A DNA stretch of 63,297 nt, the filler included. It is 8 parts of 8 records of this genome, joined end to end, with 100 filler letters (N's around TTAATTAATTAA, not from the genome) between each part and the next. Parts side by side here need not be neighbours in the genome. Positions count along the whole stretch, not along the records: positions 20,530 to 31,306 come from SRR2962707_3402; positions 31,407 to 41,482 come from SRR2962707_3403; 6 more parts are not named here. One strand, written 5' to 3'. The position numbers and the translations under genes are program-made. Of this stretch, positions 28,492-39,228 are shown one piece after another. The number at the start of each line of letters is the position of its first letter. Positions within the stretch are counted from its first letter, which is position 1. The notes beneath the pieces were generated by a model. It saw nothing but the letters and a program-made list of their open reading frames with translations. It had not been told where the DNA came from and did not search any database.

Positions 28492-29217
28492 ATGATGGCC
28501 GATACTAAAAACAAAAAAGAGAAATCACCAGTGGTGCTTTTTGTTGCTGAAGAAAAAGAGCCACTTTTCTCTAAGAAAAATAGAAAGTTATTATCTGATC
28601 CTTTAAATGATAATAACCCAATTACTGTTCAGGTACTAGGTATATGTTCTGCATTAGCAATTACTGTTCAGTTAAAACCTTCTATCGTAATGGCAATTGC
28701 CGTTATGGTTGTAATGGCAGCTAGTAACGTAATAGTTTCTTTGATTAGAAATTTAATTCCTAACCGTATTCGTATTATTGTACAGTTAGTTATTGTTGCA
28801 GCTTTAGTAATTTTAGTTAACGAGGTGCTTAAAGCCTATGCTTATGATGTTAGTAAAGAGTTGTCGGTTTTTGTCGGACTTATTATTACTAACTGTATTG
28901 TAATGGGGCGTTTAGAAGCTTTTGCACTTGGAAATGGTCCTTGGAAATCTTTCTTAGATGGAATAGGAAATGCTGCGGGTTATGGATTAATCCTTGTTAT
29001 TGTTGCTTTTTTCCGTGAATTGTTAGGTTCTGGTAAATTATTAGGATTTGAAGTTTTAGGACATAAAGGAGCTACGGTAGCAGAATCTACTGGATTGTAT
29101 GCTATGGGGTATGAGAATAACGGATTGATGTTATTGTCTCCAGCAGCACTTCTTGTAGTAGGGGTTATTATCTGGATACAGCGTTCAAGAAATAGAGAAC
29201 TAATCGAAAAAAATTAA
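28492..29217 (+). CDS. nqrD: Na+-NQR subunit D
   Basis: [33 protein letters not shown]. Confidence 0.97.
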   Translation: MMADTKNKKEKSPVVLFVAEEKEPLFSKKNRKLLSDPLNDNNPITVQVLGICSALAITVQLKPSIVMAIAVMVVMAASNVIVSLIRNLIPNRIRIIVQLVIVAALVILVNEVLKAYAYDVSKELSVFVGLIITNCIVMGRLEAFALGNGPWKSFLDGIGNAAGYGLILVIVAFFRELLGSGKLLGFEVLGHKGATVAESTGLYAMGYENNGLMLLSPAALLVVGVIIWIQRSRNRELIEKN

Positions 29218-29242
29218 GCAATAAGCTAAAAAACATTAAAAA

Positions 29243-29857
29243 ATGGAATACGTAAACCTTTTTGTAAGAAGTATTTTTATAGAGAACATGATTTTTGCCT
29301 ATTTCTTAGGGATGTGTTCTTACCTAGCGGTTTCTAAAACAGTTAAAACTGCAGTAGGTTTAGGAGCCGCTGTAATTTTTGTTTTAGCAATTACGGTGCC
29401 TATTAACTTCTTATTAGATAATTATTTATTAAAACCGGGTGCGTTAACTTGGTTAAGTCCAGAGTACGCAAACATCGATCTAAGCTTTTTGAGTTTTATC
29501 ATGTTTATAGCCGTAATTGCATCAATGGTGCAATTGGTGGAAATGATAGTAGAAAAATTTGCACCTGCATTATACGGAGCTCTTGGTATTTTCTTACCGC
29601 TAATTGCTGTAAACTGTGCTATCCTTGGAGGTTCTTTATTTATGCAACAAAAAGATTTCGGAGGAGTTTCGGAAGCTTTTACTTATGGATTAGGATCTGG
29701 AATAGGTTGGTTCTTGGCAATTTTAGCTATTGCTTCAATTAGAGAGAAAATTACTTACTCAAATGTTCCTGCACCATTAAGAGGGTTAGGAATTACTTTT
29801 ATCATAACAGGACTTATGGCTCTTGGGTTCATGAGTTTTATGGGAATCAAATTATAA
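29243..29857 (+). CDS. nqrE: Na+-NQR subunit E
   Basis: [35 protein letters not shown]. Confidence 0.97.
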   Translation: MEYVNLFVRSIFIENMIFAYFLGMCSYLAVSKTVKTAVGLGAAVIFVLAITVPINFLLDNYLLKPGALTWLSPEYANIDLSFLSFIMFIAVIASMVQLVEMIVEKFAPALYGALGIFLPLIAVNCAILGGSLFMQQKDFGGVSEAFTYGLGSGIGWFLAILAIASIREKITYSNVPAPLRGLGITFIITGLMALGFMSFMGIKL

Positions 29858-29879
29858 ATCTTATTAGTTAAATAGCAAT

Positions 29880-31172
29880 ATGGATTATTCAGTAATCATA
29901 GCAAGTTTAATAGTATTCTTAACACTAATATTTGTGTTGGTAATTATATTATTACTTGCCAAGGCAAAATTGGTGCCTTCTGGTCCTGTAACCTTAAAAA
30001 TTAATGGTGAGAAAGATGTAGAAGTTTCTTCTGGAGGGACTTTATTGTCTACCTTAGGAAATAATAAAATATTTTTACCATCTGCTTGTGGTGGTGGTGG
30101 TACTTGTATTCAGTGTAAATGTATTGTAACCGAAGGTGGAGGACAAATGCTTCCTACGGAAGAGCCTCACTTTACACGTAAAGAAGCTGCTGAAGGGTGG
30201 CGTCTTGGATGTCAAGTAAAAGTAAAACAAGACATGGTTATCGAAGTGCCAGAAGAGGTATTCGGTATTAAAAAATGGGAAGCAGAAGTTGTTCGTAACT
30301 GGAACGTTGCTTCGTTTATTAAAGAGTTTGTAGTACGTATTCCAGAAGATATGGATTACCAAGCTGGAGGATATATTCAAATTGAAATACCACCAGTTGA
30401 AGTAAGTTATTCTGATATAGATATTACTGCACACCCTGAAGAGCATGACGATCCTAAGAAGTTTCAATTGGAATGGGATAAGTTTAATCTTTGGCCATTA
30501 ACCATGAAAAACACAGAAACTGTAGAAAGAGCATATTCTATGGCTTCTTACCCTGCAGAAGGAAGAGATATTATGCTTAATGTACGTATTGCAACTCCAC
30601 CATGGGACCGAAATAAAAACGGATGGATGGATGTAAATCCTGGAATAGCTTCTTCTTATATTTTCTCAAGAAAAGCAGGAGATAAAGTGGTTATTTCTGG
30701 ACCTTATGGTGAATTCTTTATCAACCATAGTGAAGCAGAAATGCTTTATGTTGGTGGGGGAGCTGGAATGGCACCAATGCGTTCTCACTTATATCACTTA
30801 TTCAAAACTTTAAAAACAGGAAGAAAAGTTACTTATTGGTACGGGGGACGTTCTAAAAGAGAACTTTTCTATATGGAGCACTTTAGAGAATTGGAGCGTG
30901 AGTTCCCTAACTTTAAGTACTATATTGCACTTTCTGAGCCTTTAGAAGAAGATAATTGGAAAGTAAAAGAAAGTTTAGATGGAGAAGGAGATGGTTTTGT
31001 AGGTTTTGTACACCAAGTGGTTATTAATAACTATTTAAACCACCATGAAGCTCCAGAAGATATAGAATTCTATTTCTGTGGACCTCCATTGATGAATAAA
31101 GCAGTTGAAAAAATGTGTGACGATTTTGGTGTTCCACCAGAGAATGTGCGTTTTGATGACTTCGGAGGATAA
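29880..31172 (+). CDS. nqrF: Na+-NQR subunit F
   Basis: [12 protein letters not shown] 2Fe-2[25 protein letters not shown]. Confidence 0.98.
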   Translation: MDYSVIIASLIVFLTLIFVLVIILLLAKAKLVPSGPVTLKINGEKDVEVSSGGTLLSTLGNNKIFLPSACGGGGTCIQCKCIVTEGGGQMLPTEEPHFTRKEAAEGWRLGCQVKVKQDMVIEVPEEVFGIKKWEAEVVRNWNVASFIKEFVVRIPEDMDYQAGGYIQIEIPPVEVSYSDIDITAHPEEHDDPKKFQLEWDKFNLWPLTMKNTETVERAYSMASYPAEGRDIMLNVRIATPPWDRNKNGWMDVNPGIASSYIFSRKAGDKVVISGPYGEFFINHSEAEMLYVGGGAGMAPMRSHLYHLFKTLKTGRKVTYWYGGRSKRELFYMEHFRELEREFPNFKYYIALSEPLEEDNWKVKESLDGEGDGFVGFVHQVVINNYLNHHEAPEDIEFYFCGPPLMNKAVEKMCDDFGVPPENVRFDDFGG

Positions 31173-31219
31173 CCCTCTCATTGTTTATATACAATAGAAC
31201 TAATGTTCTTTAAATATAC

Positions 31220-31248
31220 AAACGGCTACTGTTTCAGTAGCCGTTTTT
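31220..31248 (+). terminator. Terminator after nqrF
   Basis: AAACGGCTACTG-TTT-CAGTAGCCGTTTTT. Confidence 0.9.
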
Positions 31249-31306
31249 GTTTTTCTAATTATTTTGCATCTTGTCTGATAAAAGTTAACGGAATTTATTA
31301 GACTCC

Positions 31307-31406
31307 NNNNNNNNNNNNNNNNNNNNNNNNNNNNNNNNNNNNNNNNNNNNTTAATTAATTAANNNNNNNNNNNNNNNNNNNNNNNNNNNNNNNNNNNNNN
31401 NNNNNN
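31307..31406. other. Artificial contig spacer
   Basis: N44-TTAATTAATTAA-N44. Confidence 0.98.
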
Positions 31407-31463
31407 AGGCTCAGAATACAAAATCTATATGCTCTTCTCTTTATTCTTGCCTCTCCCCTTATA

Positions 31464-31518
31464 CTTCCGGCTTCGGCCTTCGGTCTTCTGACTTCTTCAA
31501 TCTTTCAATCTTTCAATT
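31464..31518. repeat. Short degenerate tandem repeats (7-mer CTTCnnn x5, then 8-mer TTCAATCT x~3)
   Basis: CTTCCGG CTTCGGC CTTCGGT CTTCTGA CTTC TTCAATCT TTCAATCT TTCAATT. Confidence 0.7.
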
Positions 31519-31571
31519 ATTAAAAAATAAACATACTTATATATAGTGTTGTATGCGTGAAGACTTCGACT

Positions 31572-31579
31572 TATCTTTG
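31572..31579 (+). promoter_or_regulatory. Bacteroidota -7 promoter element for thrS
   Basis: TATCTTTG about 24 bp upstream of the ATG. Confidence 0.6.
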
Positions 31580-31602
31580 CAAACTGAAAAACAACATATA
31601 TA

Positions 31603-33543
31603 ATGATTAAGATTACTTTACCCGATGGATCGGTTAAGGAGTTTGAAAAAAACACAACTCCAATGGATGTTGCCAAAAGCATTAGCGAAGGCCTAGCCCG
31701 CAATGTTATTTCGGCTAGTTTTAATGGTACAAAAGTTGAAACGGTTACCCCTTTAACCACCGATGGGAGTCTTATATTATATACATGGAATGATGACGAA
31801 GGGAAACAGTCTTTTTGGCATTCTACTTCTCATATTATGGCGCAGGCGCTTGAGGAACTTTATCCTGGAGTAAAACTTACTATTGGACCTTCTATAGATA
31901 ATGGGTTTTATTACGATGTTGATTTAGGGGAGCAAAGTATTTCCGAAAAAGATTTTCCTGCTATTGAAGCTAAAATGCTTGAAATAGCTCGTGGAAAACA
32001 CGATTATAAAATGCGTGCTGTTACTAAAACAGAGGCTTTAGACTTTTATAAAAAGCAAGGAAATGAATTTAAGGTTGAACTAATAGAAAACCTTGAAGAC
32101 GGAACCATTACTTTTTGCGACCATGATACGTTTACCGATTTATGTCGTGGTGGCCATATCCCAAATACTGGAATAGTAAAGGCTGTAAAATTATTGTCGG
32201 TTGCTGGAGCTTATTGGAGGGGTGATGAAAACAAACCACAACTTACACGTATCTATGGGATCTCGTTTCCGAAGCAAAAAGAACTAAAAGAATATTTAGA
32301 ACTTTTAGAAGAAGCAAAAAAGAGAGATCATAGAAAGCTTGGGAAGGAGCTTGAGCTATTTACTTTTTCGCAAAAAGTAGGGCAAGGATTGCCATTATGG
32401 CTTCCTAAAGGTGCTGCACTAAGGGAACGCTTAGAGAACTTTTTGAAAAAAGCACAAAAGAAAGCTGGATACGAACAAGTAGTTTCTCCACATATTGGAC
32501 AGAAAGAATTATATGTTACTTCTGGCCATTATGCTAAATATGGAGAAGATAGCTTCCAGCCTATTCGAACTCCTAAAATGGATGAAGAGTTTTTGTTGAA
32601 ACCTATGAACTGTCCGCATCATTGCGAAATATATAATAGTAGACCTTGGAGTTATAAAGAACTACCAAAGCGTTATGCAGAATTTGGTACCGTATATAGA
32701 TATGAACAAAGTGGAGAACTACATGGTTTAACTCGCGTTCGTGGTTTTACTCAAGATGATGCGCATATATTTTGTACACCAGACCAATTAGACGAAGAGT
32801 TCAAGAAGGTAATCGATTTAGTACTTTATGTATTTGGTTCTTTAGGATTTGAAAACTTTACTGCACAAGTATCTTTACGCGATCCAGAAAATCCAGAAAA
32901 ATATATTGGTAGCGATGAGAATTGGGAAAAAGCGGAAACTGCTATTATTAATGCCGCTAATGAAAAAGAGCTTAATTATGTAATAGAAACTGGAGAAGCT
33001 GCCTTTTATGGTCCGAAGTTAGATTTTATGGTGAAAGATGCTTTAGGTAGAAGCTGGCAGCTAGGAACTATACAAGTAGATTATAATTTACCAGAGCGTT
33101 TTGACCTTAATTACAAAGGAAGTGATGACAAATTACACAGACCTGTAATGATACATCGAGCGCCTTTTGGAAGTTTGGAACGTTTTATTGCAATTTTATT
33201 AGAGCACACAGCAGGGAACTTCCCTCTGTGGCTAATGCCTGAGCAGGCTATTATATTGTCTATCAGTGAGAAATATGAAAAATATGCCGAAAAAGTTTTA
33301 AATTTATTGGAAAATGCCGAAATTCGCGCCCTTGTAGATAATAGAAACGAAACAATTGGCAAGAAAATACGAGATGCAGAAATGCAAAAAACTCCGTATA
33401 TGCTAATTATAGGCGAGCAAGAAGAGAAAGACGGTACGGTTTCTGTAAGGAAACATGGTGAGGGCGACATAGGTACTATAACAATAAATGAGTTCTCAGA
33501 TTTGATAAATTCAGAAATCAATCGTACATTAAAGAAGTTTTAA
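31603..33543 (+). CDS. thrS: Threonine--tRNA ligase
   Basis: TGS domain [48 protein letters not shown]. Confidence 0.99.
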   Translation: MIKITLPDGSVKEFEKNTTPMDVAKSISEGLARNVISASFNGTKVETVTPLTTDGSLILYTWNDDEGKQSFWHSTSHIMAQALEELYPGVKLTIGPSIDNGFYYDVDLGEQSISEKDFPAIEAKMLEIARGKHDYKMRAVTKTEALDFYKKQGNEFKVELIENLEDGTITFCDHDTFTDLCRGGHIPNTGIVKAVKLLSVAGAYWRGDENKPQLTRIYGISFPKQKELKEYLELLEEAKKRDHRKLGKELELFTFSQKVGQGLPLWLPKGAALRERLENFLKKAQKKAGYEQVVSPHIGQKELYVTSGHYAKYGEDSFQPIRTPKMDEEFLLKPMNCPHHCEIYNSRPWSYKELPKRYAEFGTVYRYEQSGELHGLTRVRGFTQDDAHIFCTPDQLDEEFKKVIDLVLYVFGSLGFENFTAQVSLRDPENPEKYIGSDENWEKAETAIINAANEKELNYVIETGEAAFYGPKLDFMVKDALGRSWQLGTIQVDYNLPERFDLNYKGSDDKLHRPVMIHRAPFGSLERFIAILLEHTAGNFPLWLMPEQAIILSISEKYEKYAEKVLNLLENAEIRALVDNRNETIGKKIRDAEMQKTPYMLIIGEQEEKDGTVSVRKHGEGDIGTITINEFSDLINSEINRTLKKF

Positions 33544-33571
33544 AATAAAGTTTAATTAAAAATTATAAGCC

Positions 33572-34126
33572 ATAGCAATTAAAAGATTTAACAGAAACGC
33601 TCAAAGAAGAGAGATTAAAAATCCGCACAGAACCAATAGAGAGATTCGTGTACCAGAAGTAAGATTGGTAGGCGATAATATTGAAATGGGTGTATATCCA
33701 ACCAAAGATGCTTTAGTAAAAGCTGAGGAATTAGGTTTGGATCTTGTTGAGATTTCACCAAATGCCAAGCCTCCTGTTTGTAAAATAATGGACTATAAAA
33801 AGTTCTTATACGAGCAAAAAAAGAGAGAAAAGGTAATGAAGGCGAAAGCCTCTAAAGTGGTTGTAAAAGAAATTCGTTTTGGTCCGAATACAGACGACCA
33901 TGATTACGATTTCAAAAAGAAACACGCAGAGAAATTCTTAAAAGAAGGAGCCAAATTAAAGGCTTATGTATTCTTTAAAGGACGTTCTATTGTTTATAAG
34001 GATAAAGGAGAAATTTTGTTGCTTAAGTTAGCATCAGAATTAGAAGATATTGGAAAAGTAGAACAAATGCCTAAATTGGAAGGGAAACGTATGACTATGT
34101 TCATTGCTCCTAAGAAAACCAAATAA
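33572..34126 (+). CDS. infC: Translation initiation factor IF-3 with a non-canonical ATA (or ATT at 33578) start
   Basis: IF3 motifs ([21 protein letters not shown]); the in-frame segment upstream of the ORF-track start has no ATG/GTG/TTG and is closed by TAA at 33566. Confidence 0.9.
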   Translation: MAIKRFNRNAQRREIKNPHRTNREIRVPEVRLVGDNIEMGVYPTKDALVKAEELGLDLVEISPNAKPPVCKIMDYKKFLYEQKKREKVMKAKASKVVVKEIRFGPNTDDHDYDFKKKHAEKFLKEGAKLKAYVFFKGRSIVYKDKGEILLLKLASELEDIGKVEQMPKLEGKRMTMFIAPKKTK

Positions 34127-34196
34127 GGTAAAAGTTTTATACTTTCCAAAGGAATAAAAAAATAATAAGCGGAACAATTAAATAAATATTAGGATT

Positions 34197-34394
34197 ATGC
34201 CTAAAATGAAAACTAAATCCAGTGCTAAGAAGCGTTTTAAGCTTACAGGTACAGGTAAAATTAAAAGAAAGCACGCTTTTAAAAGTCACATCTTAACAAA
34301 GAAGTCTAAAAAGCGTAAGCTTGCATTAACTCATTCTGGTTTAGTAGATAAAGCAGATGAGAATAATATCAAAGAACAATTACGTTTAAAGTAA
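34197..34394 (+). CDS. rpmI: 50S ribosomal protein L35
   Basis: [20 protein letters not shown]. Confidence 0.99.
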   Translation: MPKMKTKSSAKKRFKLTGTGKIKRKHAFKSHILTKKSKKRKLALTHSGLVDKADENNIKEQLRLK

Positions 34395-34512
34395 ATTGTT
34401 CTTTCGGTTCAATTAAAATTGTTTAACCCTGGAGTTAGGCTTTTAAAAGAATTCTGAATTCTGAATTTATATTCTGAATTATAGAATCGCCTGCTACAAA
34501 AAATTAAAAATT

Positions 34513-34857
34513 ATGCCAAGATCAGTAAATTCAGTAGCTTCAAGAGCACGAAGAAAAAAAGTGTTGAAGCAAGCAAAAGGCTACTACGGTAGACGTAAAA
34601 ACGTTTGGACGGTTGCCAAGAATGCGGTTGAGAAAGCAATGTCTTACTCATACAGAGACCGTAGAAATAAGAAAAGAACTTTCCGCGCTTTGTGGATTAC
34701 TCGTATTAATGCGGGTGCTAGATTACACGGAATGTCTTATTCTCAGTTTATGGGGAAAGTAAAAGCTAACGATATCGAACTTAACCGTAAGGTTTTAGCC
34801 GATTTAGCTATGAACCACCCAGAGGCTTTCAAAGCAATTGTTGAAAAAGTAAAGTAA
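34513..34857 (+). CDS. rplT: 50S ribosomal protein L20
   Basis: [33 protein letters not shown]. Confidence 0.99.
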   Translation: MPRSVNSVASRARRKKVLKQAKGYYGRRKNVWTVAKNAVEKAMSYSYRDRRNKKRTFRALWITRINAGARLHGMSYSQFMGKVKANDIELNRKVLADLAMNHPEAFKAIVEKVK

Positions 34858-34888
34858 ACGTTTAACAACATATTTTTCCGCTTATTAT

Positions 34889-34923
34889 AAAAAATCCAGT
34901 CTTTTCAAAGACTGGATTTTTTT
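34889..34923 (+). terminator. Terminator after rplT
   Basis: AAAAAATCCAGTCTTT-TC-AAAGACTGGATTTTTT. Confidence 0.9.
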
Positions 34924-35018
34924 ATGTTTAATTTTCTTCGGAATACCAATAAGGCATTTATAAAATTCCTTTAAACTAATGCTGTACTGAGTTCATACGT
35001 AAACTAAATATGCATACA

Positions 35019-36128
35019 TTACTCTACAATAGTTGGCAACTCAGCTACAAAAGCATTATGAACTGCTTCTGGACTTAAAATATGTCCCTTTTTTTGAGCA
35101 CTCTGCGCAAGTAAGTATCCACGGTGAGCGGCATCCATTCTTTGTAAAGGAGTACCATGATGACCATCTGCTTCAAAACCACAATCTCCGATGTTAAAAA
35201 ATAAGTCAAAAAACGCTTCTACACGCTTCCAATTGTATGTAGCTCCTCTTTTATGTGTCATAAAATAAGCAGCAAAGAAATCGGCTTCTAATTCTGTTGA
35301 ACGGGTAGCCTCTGGTATATTTCCTGCTTCTGTTGGATAGCCCCAAGTATTATTAAATTGGATTTGGTGCCCCCACTCGTGTGCTAAAATTCCAGTCCAT
35401 ACTATATTAGCATCTATTCCTGCCTTTTCCATAACAGAAACTATTCCGTCACTAATAACAATAATATCTCCTTGTCCTTTACCAAAGAAGTTATCAATAT
35501 TGATTGCAAAACCATCAAAAGAAACAAAAGGATTTTCTATTAAAAAAGTACTTTCTTCATTAATAGCAGAAATCTCAGCAATTAACGCATCTATATCTGC
35601 GGTAGGTCCATATAGAAAAGGAAGTGTTTCTCTCAGCAAACTTTCATTTTCAAAATTACTGTTATGCTGCCCTTTTACTGCTACCTCATTAGGCATATCC
35701 CAAAACTTCTCATGTTCTCTTACTCGTTTTTTCATCAAGCTTGTATATCTCCCATTCTCTCCAAAATATTGAGGACTTGTATCTACCAATGACATATAAA
35801 AATTAATATCGCTATAAATACTATAGAATTCCGCTCCTAATTGATCTAGATTCTCTGCTATAGTTTCATTAATTGCTGCATCAAAATCTGTTGTACTACA
35901 CTCAGAGGGCGCAACTGCACGAGATAAATCGTCATAGAATGCGAAATCATTTACGCTCAAATCTAAATTTACACTCCTATCTTGTATTAATTCAGAATAC
36001 TTATTGGCTGAAGAAGTTGTGACATACACTGCATTTAATTCGTCTTCAACATAAGTTTCTTCTTTTGAGCATGATACAAGGATTACATTTACTAAAATAA
36101 TACTTGCTAAAAAATGGATTTTCTTCAT
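35019..36128 (-). CDS. Lipoprotein, putative neutral zinc metallopeptidase (YpfJ-like zincin)
   Basis: Lipobox LVSC with an acidic export-type segment (SKEETYVEDE); LAHEWGH, ELEADFFA and HGTPLQR. Confidence 0.75.
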   Translation of the reverse strand: MKKIHFLASIILVNVILVSCSKEETYVEDELNAVYVTTSSANKYSELIQDRSVNLDLSVNDFAFYDDLSRAVAPSECSTTDFDAAINETIAENLDQLGAEFYSIYSDINFYMSLVDTSPQYFGENGRYTSLMKKRVREHEKFWDMPNEVAVKGQHNSNFENESLLRETLPFLYGPTADIDALIAEISAINEESTFLIENPFVSFDGFAINIDNFFGKGQGDIIVISDGIVSVMEKAGIDANIVWTGILAHEWGHQIQFNNTWGYPTEAGNIPEATRSTELEADFFAAYFMTHKRGATYNWKRVEAFFDLFFNIGDCGFEADGHHGTPLQRMDAAHRGYLLAQSAQKKGHILSPEAVHNAFVAELPTIVE

Positions 36129-36292
36129 AATAGCTGGTTTTAGATTATAATCCTATGAATATAGGACAAATACCTTTATAAAGCAATTTTTACCGATGAA
36201 ATACATATTTACAGAGAAAATATAATTCCTAACAAACTATTAACTTACAGTTGGACAAGAAACCCTATTTTTGCATCTTATAATTATAGCAT

Positions 36293-37126
36293 ATGGATTT
36301 ATCTAAAGTAAGATTAGTAGTAACAGACATGGATGGAACTCTTTTAAATAGCAAAGGAGAGGTTAGCACCACCTTTTTTGATTTATTTAAGAAATTTAAA
36401 GAAAACGACATCCATTTTGTTGCCGCAAGCGGAAGACAATATAATAGCATTACTAATAAATTAAATTCTATTGTTGACGATATTACTATTATTGCTGAAA
36501 ATGGAGGAATTGCAAAACAAGGTACCGAAGAATTATTGGTTACCAATTTACCCGAAGAAAGTACCAATGAAATTATTGAGCTTTTAAGAGGAATTGAAGA
36601 TGTATTTGTTGTTTTATGCGGAAAGAAATCGTCTTATATTGAAACCAAAGATGCTACTTTTACAAAATTATTTAACGAATATTACGCTGCTTATGAAGTA
36701 GTAGATGATTTAACAAAAGTTAGCAAAGATGATTTTGTAAAGATTGCAGTATATCATTTTGAAAGTTCTGAAGATCATATTTACCCATCTGTAAAACATT
36801 TGGAAAACAATTTACAAGTAAAAGTATCTGGGAAAAACTGGTTAGATTTATCCCATCCAAATGCAAATAAAGGATATGCATTAAAAATGCTTCAAGATAG
36901 ATTAGGAATTTCAAAGGCAGAAACGATGGTTTTTGGAGATTACAACAACGACCTTGAGATGTTGGCACTTGCTGATTTTAGTTTTTCTATGGAAAACGCA
37001 CATCCAAATGTAACAAAGGCTGCCAATTATCAAACAAAAAGTAATGATGAGAATGGTGTTGAGTATATTTTAGATAAGTTAATTGTTGCCAAACAAAAAA
37101 TTCAAAATCAACTACCTAAGGGCTAG
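36293..37126 (+). CDS. Cof-type HAD-IIB hydrolase
   Basis: TDMDGTLL, ASGR, NKG.AL, FGDYNNDLEM; upstream TATTTTTG -7 element at 36266. Confidence 0.95.
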   Translation: MDLSKVRLVVTDMDGTLLNSKGEVSTTFFDLFKKFKENDIHFVAASGRQYNSITNKLNSIVDDITIIAENGGIAKQGTEELLVTNLPEESTNEIIELLRGIEDVFVVLCGKKSSYIETKDATFTKLFNEYYAAYEVVDDLTKVSKDDFVKIAVYHFESSEDHIYPSVKHLENNLQVKVSGKNWLDLSHPNANKGYALKMLQDRLGISKAETMVFGDYNNDLEMLALADFSFSMENAHPNVTKAANYQTKSNDENGVEYILDKLIVAKQKIQNQLPKG

Positions 37127-37202
37127 CCTCATGAGGTATTCAAAAAAAAACAATTCATTTCAACGCAAAACGTCGGTCAATTGAACCCTCTATGAGGGAT
37201 TA
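37106..37202 (+). repeat. Near-complete copy of a Flavobacteriaceae REP/MITE-like repeat
   Basis: AATCAACTACCTAAGGGCTAGCCTCATGAGGTATTCAAA...TTTCAACGCAAAACGTCGG...AACCCTCTATGAGGGA, similar end to end to the copy at 49127-49247. Confidence 0.75.
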
Positions 37203-37622
37203 ATTTCCGAAAGCAGTAATGACCACAGATCTTGAGCCGCCAAAATCTCGATGTTCGCATAAATAAATTCCTTGCCAAATACCGAGATTTAAGCGTCCAT
37301 TAGAAATAGGAATTTGTACAGAAGCTCCCATTAAAGATGCTTTTATATGTGCTGGCATATCATCGGCACCCTCATAAGTATGGATATAATAAGGTGCATT
37401 TTCTGGCACCATTTTATTAATATGACTTTCAAAATCTGTCCGTACGGAAGGATCGGCATTTTCATTTATAGTTAAACTAGCAGACGTATGTTTTATAAAT
37501 ACCTGTAATTGTCCGATATTAACTTTTTTTATGTCTGGAATTGCCTGTAAAACCTCATCAGTAATAATATGAAAACCTCTTTTTCTAGCTTTCAATTTTA
37601 TTTCAGTTTGTAAAAAAATCAT
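37200..37622 (-). CDS. yjbQ: YjbQ/UPF0047 family protein
   Basis: HTSASLTINENADP.VR.D, EG.DDMPAHIK, G.WQGIYL.EHR. Confidence 0.95.
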   Translation of the reverse strand: MIFLQTEIKLKARKRGFHIITDEVLQAIPDIKKVNIGQLQVFIKHTSASLTINENADPSVRTDFESHINKMVPENAPYYIHTYEGADDMPAHIKASLMGASVQIPISNGRLNLGIWQGIYLCEHRDFGGSRSVVITAFGN

Positions 37623-37633
37623 GAAGTAGATAA

Positions 37634-38962
37634 TTATGTTTTTTGCTTTTTCTTTTTTGCTGCTGGAAACAAAACATTGTTTAAAATAAGTCGGTAACCA
37701 GGAGAGTTGGGATGTAATTCCAATTCCGTCTTAGGGTCTCCTACTCTATGTTGATAATCTTCTGGATCATGACCTCCATAGAAAGTAAAAAAGCCTTTTC
37801 CTTTTATTCCATGAATGTAACGAGCCTCTCCATTTACCTTATTTTCTGCTAAAGTTAAAACTGTAGAACGGATTGTATTTGGGTCATAAGCAGTAGTTTG
37901 CCCCATAAAACCTTTTACCAGCGCGGTATGATTTTGACAAAGCATGGTAGGAATAGGATCCCATTTTGCTGAAAACTCCATCAATGTAAAATAGTCTGTT
38001 TCCTTCTGAACAGTTTTTCTTTTTGCGGTCATATCAATTGATGAAAACTCGTATTCCAAAGGATTTCTTTCCAAGATAAAATCTCGAAAAGCAAAGGTTT
38101 TAGAAAAATCGAGATGCGATTGATAATTTGGTGCGGAAGGGTCGCCATCAAACATAGGTTCACAAATATCGGTATCTGAAGCTGCCAAAGCAATATCAAA
38201 ACTATCGGTAGCAGAACACATTGCAAACATAAAGCCCCCCCCAATAACATAATCGCTTATACTGGTAGCTACCGCCAATTTTTCTTTAGAAACTTTTTCA
38301 TAACCTAGCTTAGCAGCCAAGGCTTCGGCTTCTTTTTTGTCGTTAATATACCAAGGTGTAGCGCGGTAAGCACCATAAAATTTCCCAAACTGTCCAGTAA
38401 AATCTTCATGGTGTAAATGCAACCAATCATACAGCAAAAGCTCCCCTTCAAGTACCTCAGTGTCATAAACAACATCATAAGGAATTTCTGCATAGGTAAG
38501 TACCATTGTTACGGCATCATCCCATGGCTGACTCCCTTTTGGGGAATATACTGCAATTTTAGGGGCTTTTTCTAAAATAACCGCCTCTTGGTTTTTAGAG
38601 GGACTACTAATTTCATCTAAAATTTGCGCTGTTTTAGCATCAGAAAGAACTTCAAAAGAAACCCCTCGAATTTGACATTCTTTTCTTATTTCTTCTGAAT
38701 CCTTTAGTAAAAAAGAACCTCCACGATAATTTAGTAGCCAATTTACTTTTTCATTTTTTGCCAATACCCAATAGGTTATTCCGTAGGCTTTTAAATGATT
38801 TTCTTGAGTTTCTGCATCCATCGGGATTAGAATATAGGATGCAAAGGAAAATTGTATAGTAAATAGTAACAAAAAAAAGAGCACCCATTTCTGAATGGAA
38901 TACTCTTTTTTGGTTTTATATATTTTAAATTTAGGTAATACCATTAAATCTTTCAGTTTCAT
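37634..38962 (-). CDS. Conserved Bacteroidota secreted protein (often labelled asparagine synthetase B); function unknown
   Basis: Signal-like segment, then ILIPMD..Q..HLKAYG, PWDDAVT.VLTYAEIPY, DWLHLHHEDFTGQ, GGHDPED; upstream TATCTTTG (38986-38993, minus strand). Confidence 0.75.
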   Translation of the reverse strand: MKLKDLMVLPKFKIYKTKKEYSIQKWVLFFLLLFTIQFSFASYILIPMDAETQENHLKAYGITYWVLAKNEKVNWLLNYRGGSFLLKDSEEIRKECQIRGVSFEVLSDAKTAQILDEISSPSKNQEAVILEKAPKIAVYSPKGSQPWDDAVTMVLTYAEIPYDVVYDTEVLEGELLLYDWLHLHHEDFTGQFGKFYGAYRATPWYINDKKEAEALAAKLGYEKVSKEKLAVATSISDYVIGGGFMFAMCSATDSFDIALAASDTDICEPMFDGDPSAPNYQSHLDFSKTFAFRDFILERNPLEYEFSSIDMTAKRKTVQKETDYFTLMEFSAKWDPIPTMLCQNHTALVKGFMGQTTAYDPNTIRSTVLTLAENKVNGEARYIHGIKGKGFFTFYGGHDPEDYQHRVGDPKTELELHPNSPGYRLILNNVLFPAAKKKKQKT

Positions 38963-39228
38963 ATAAACATTCTGTAATGTCTAGACAAAGATACAAGACC
39001 ACTTCGCTGTAAGAAAAAAAAGGAAAGACTATATTGTAATTACCATAAAATCTTTAGCTCCTAGAGAACCACTTTTTAAATTATGCTTTCCGTTTCTATT
39101 TTTTATATAACAGAGGGATTCCTAAAAATGTCTTATAATCCTTAAAATTAGTATACTTTTCAGTATTTATACTCATTTTTATCGGACTATAATGATAAAC
39201 ATTACCATATTCTAACTGAAAAATACAA

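Noticed and set aside
36189-36221. Possible LytTR-type direct repeat upstream of the peptidase lipoprotein
   Set aside because: 19-bp period and a weak match in AT-rich DNA.
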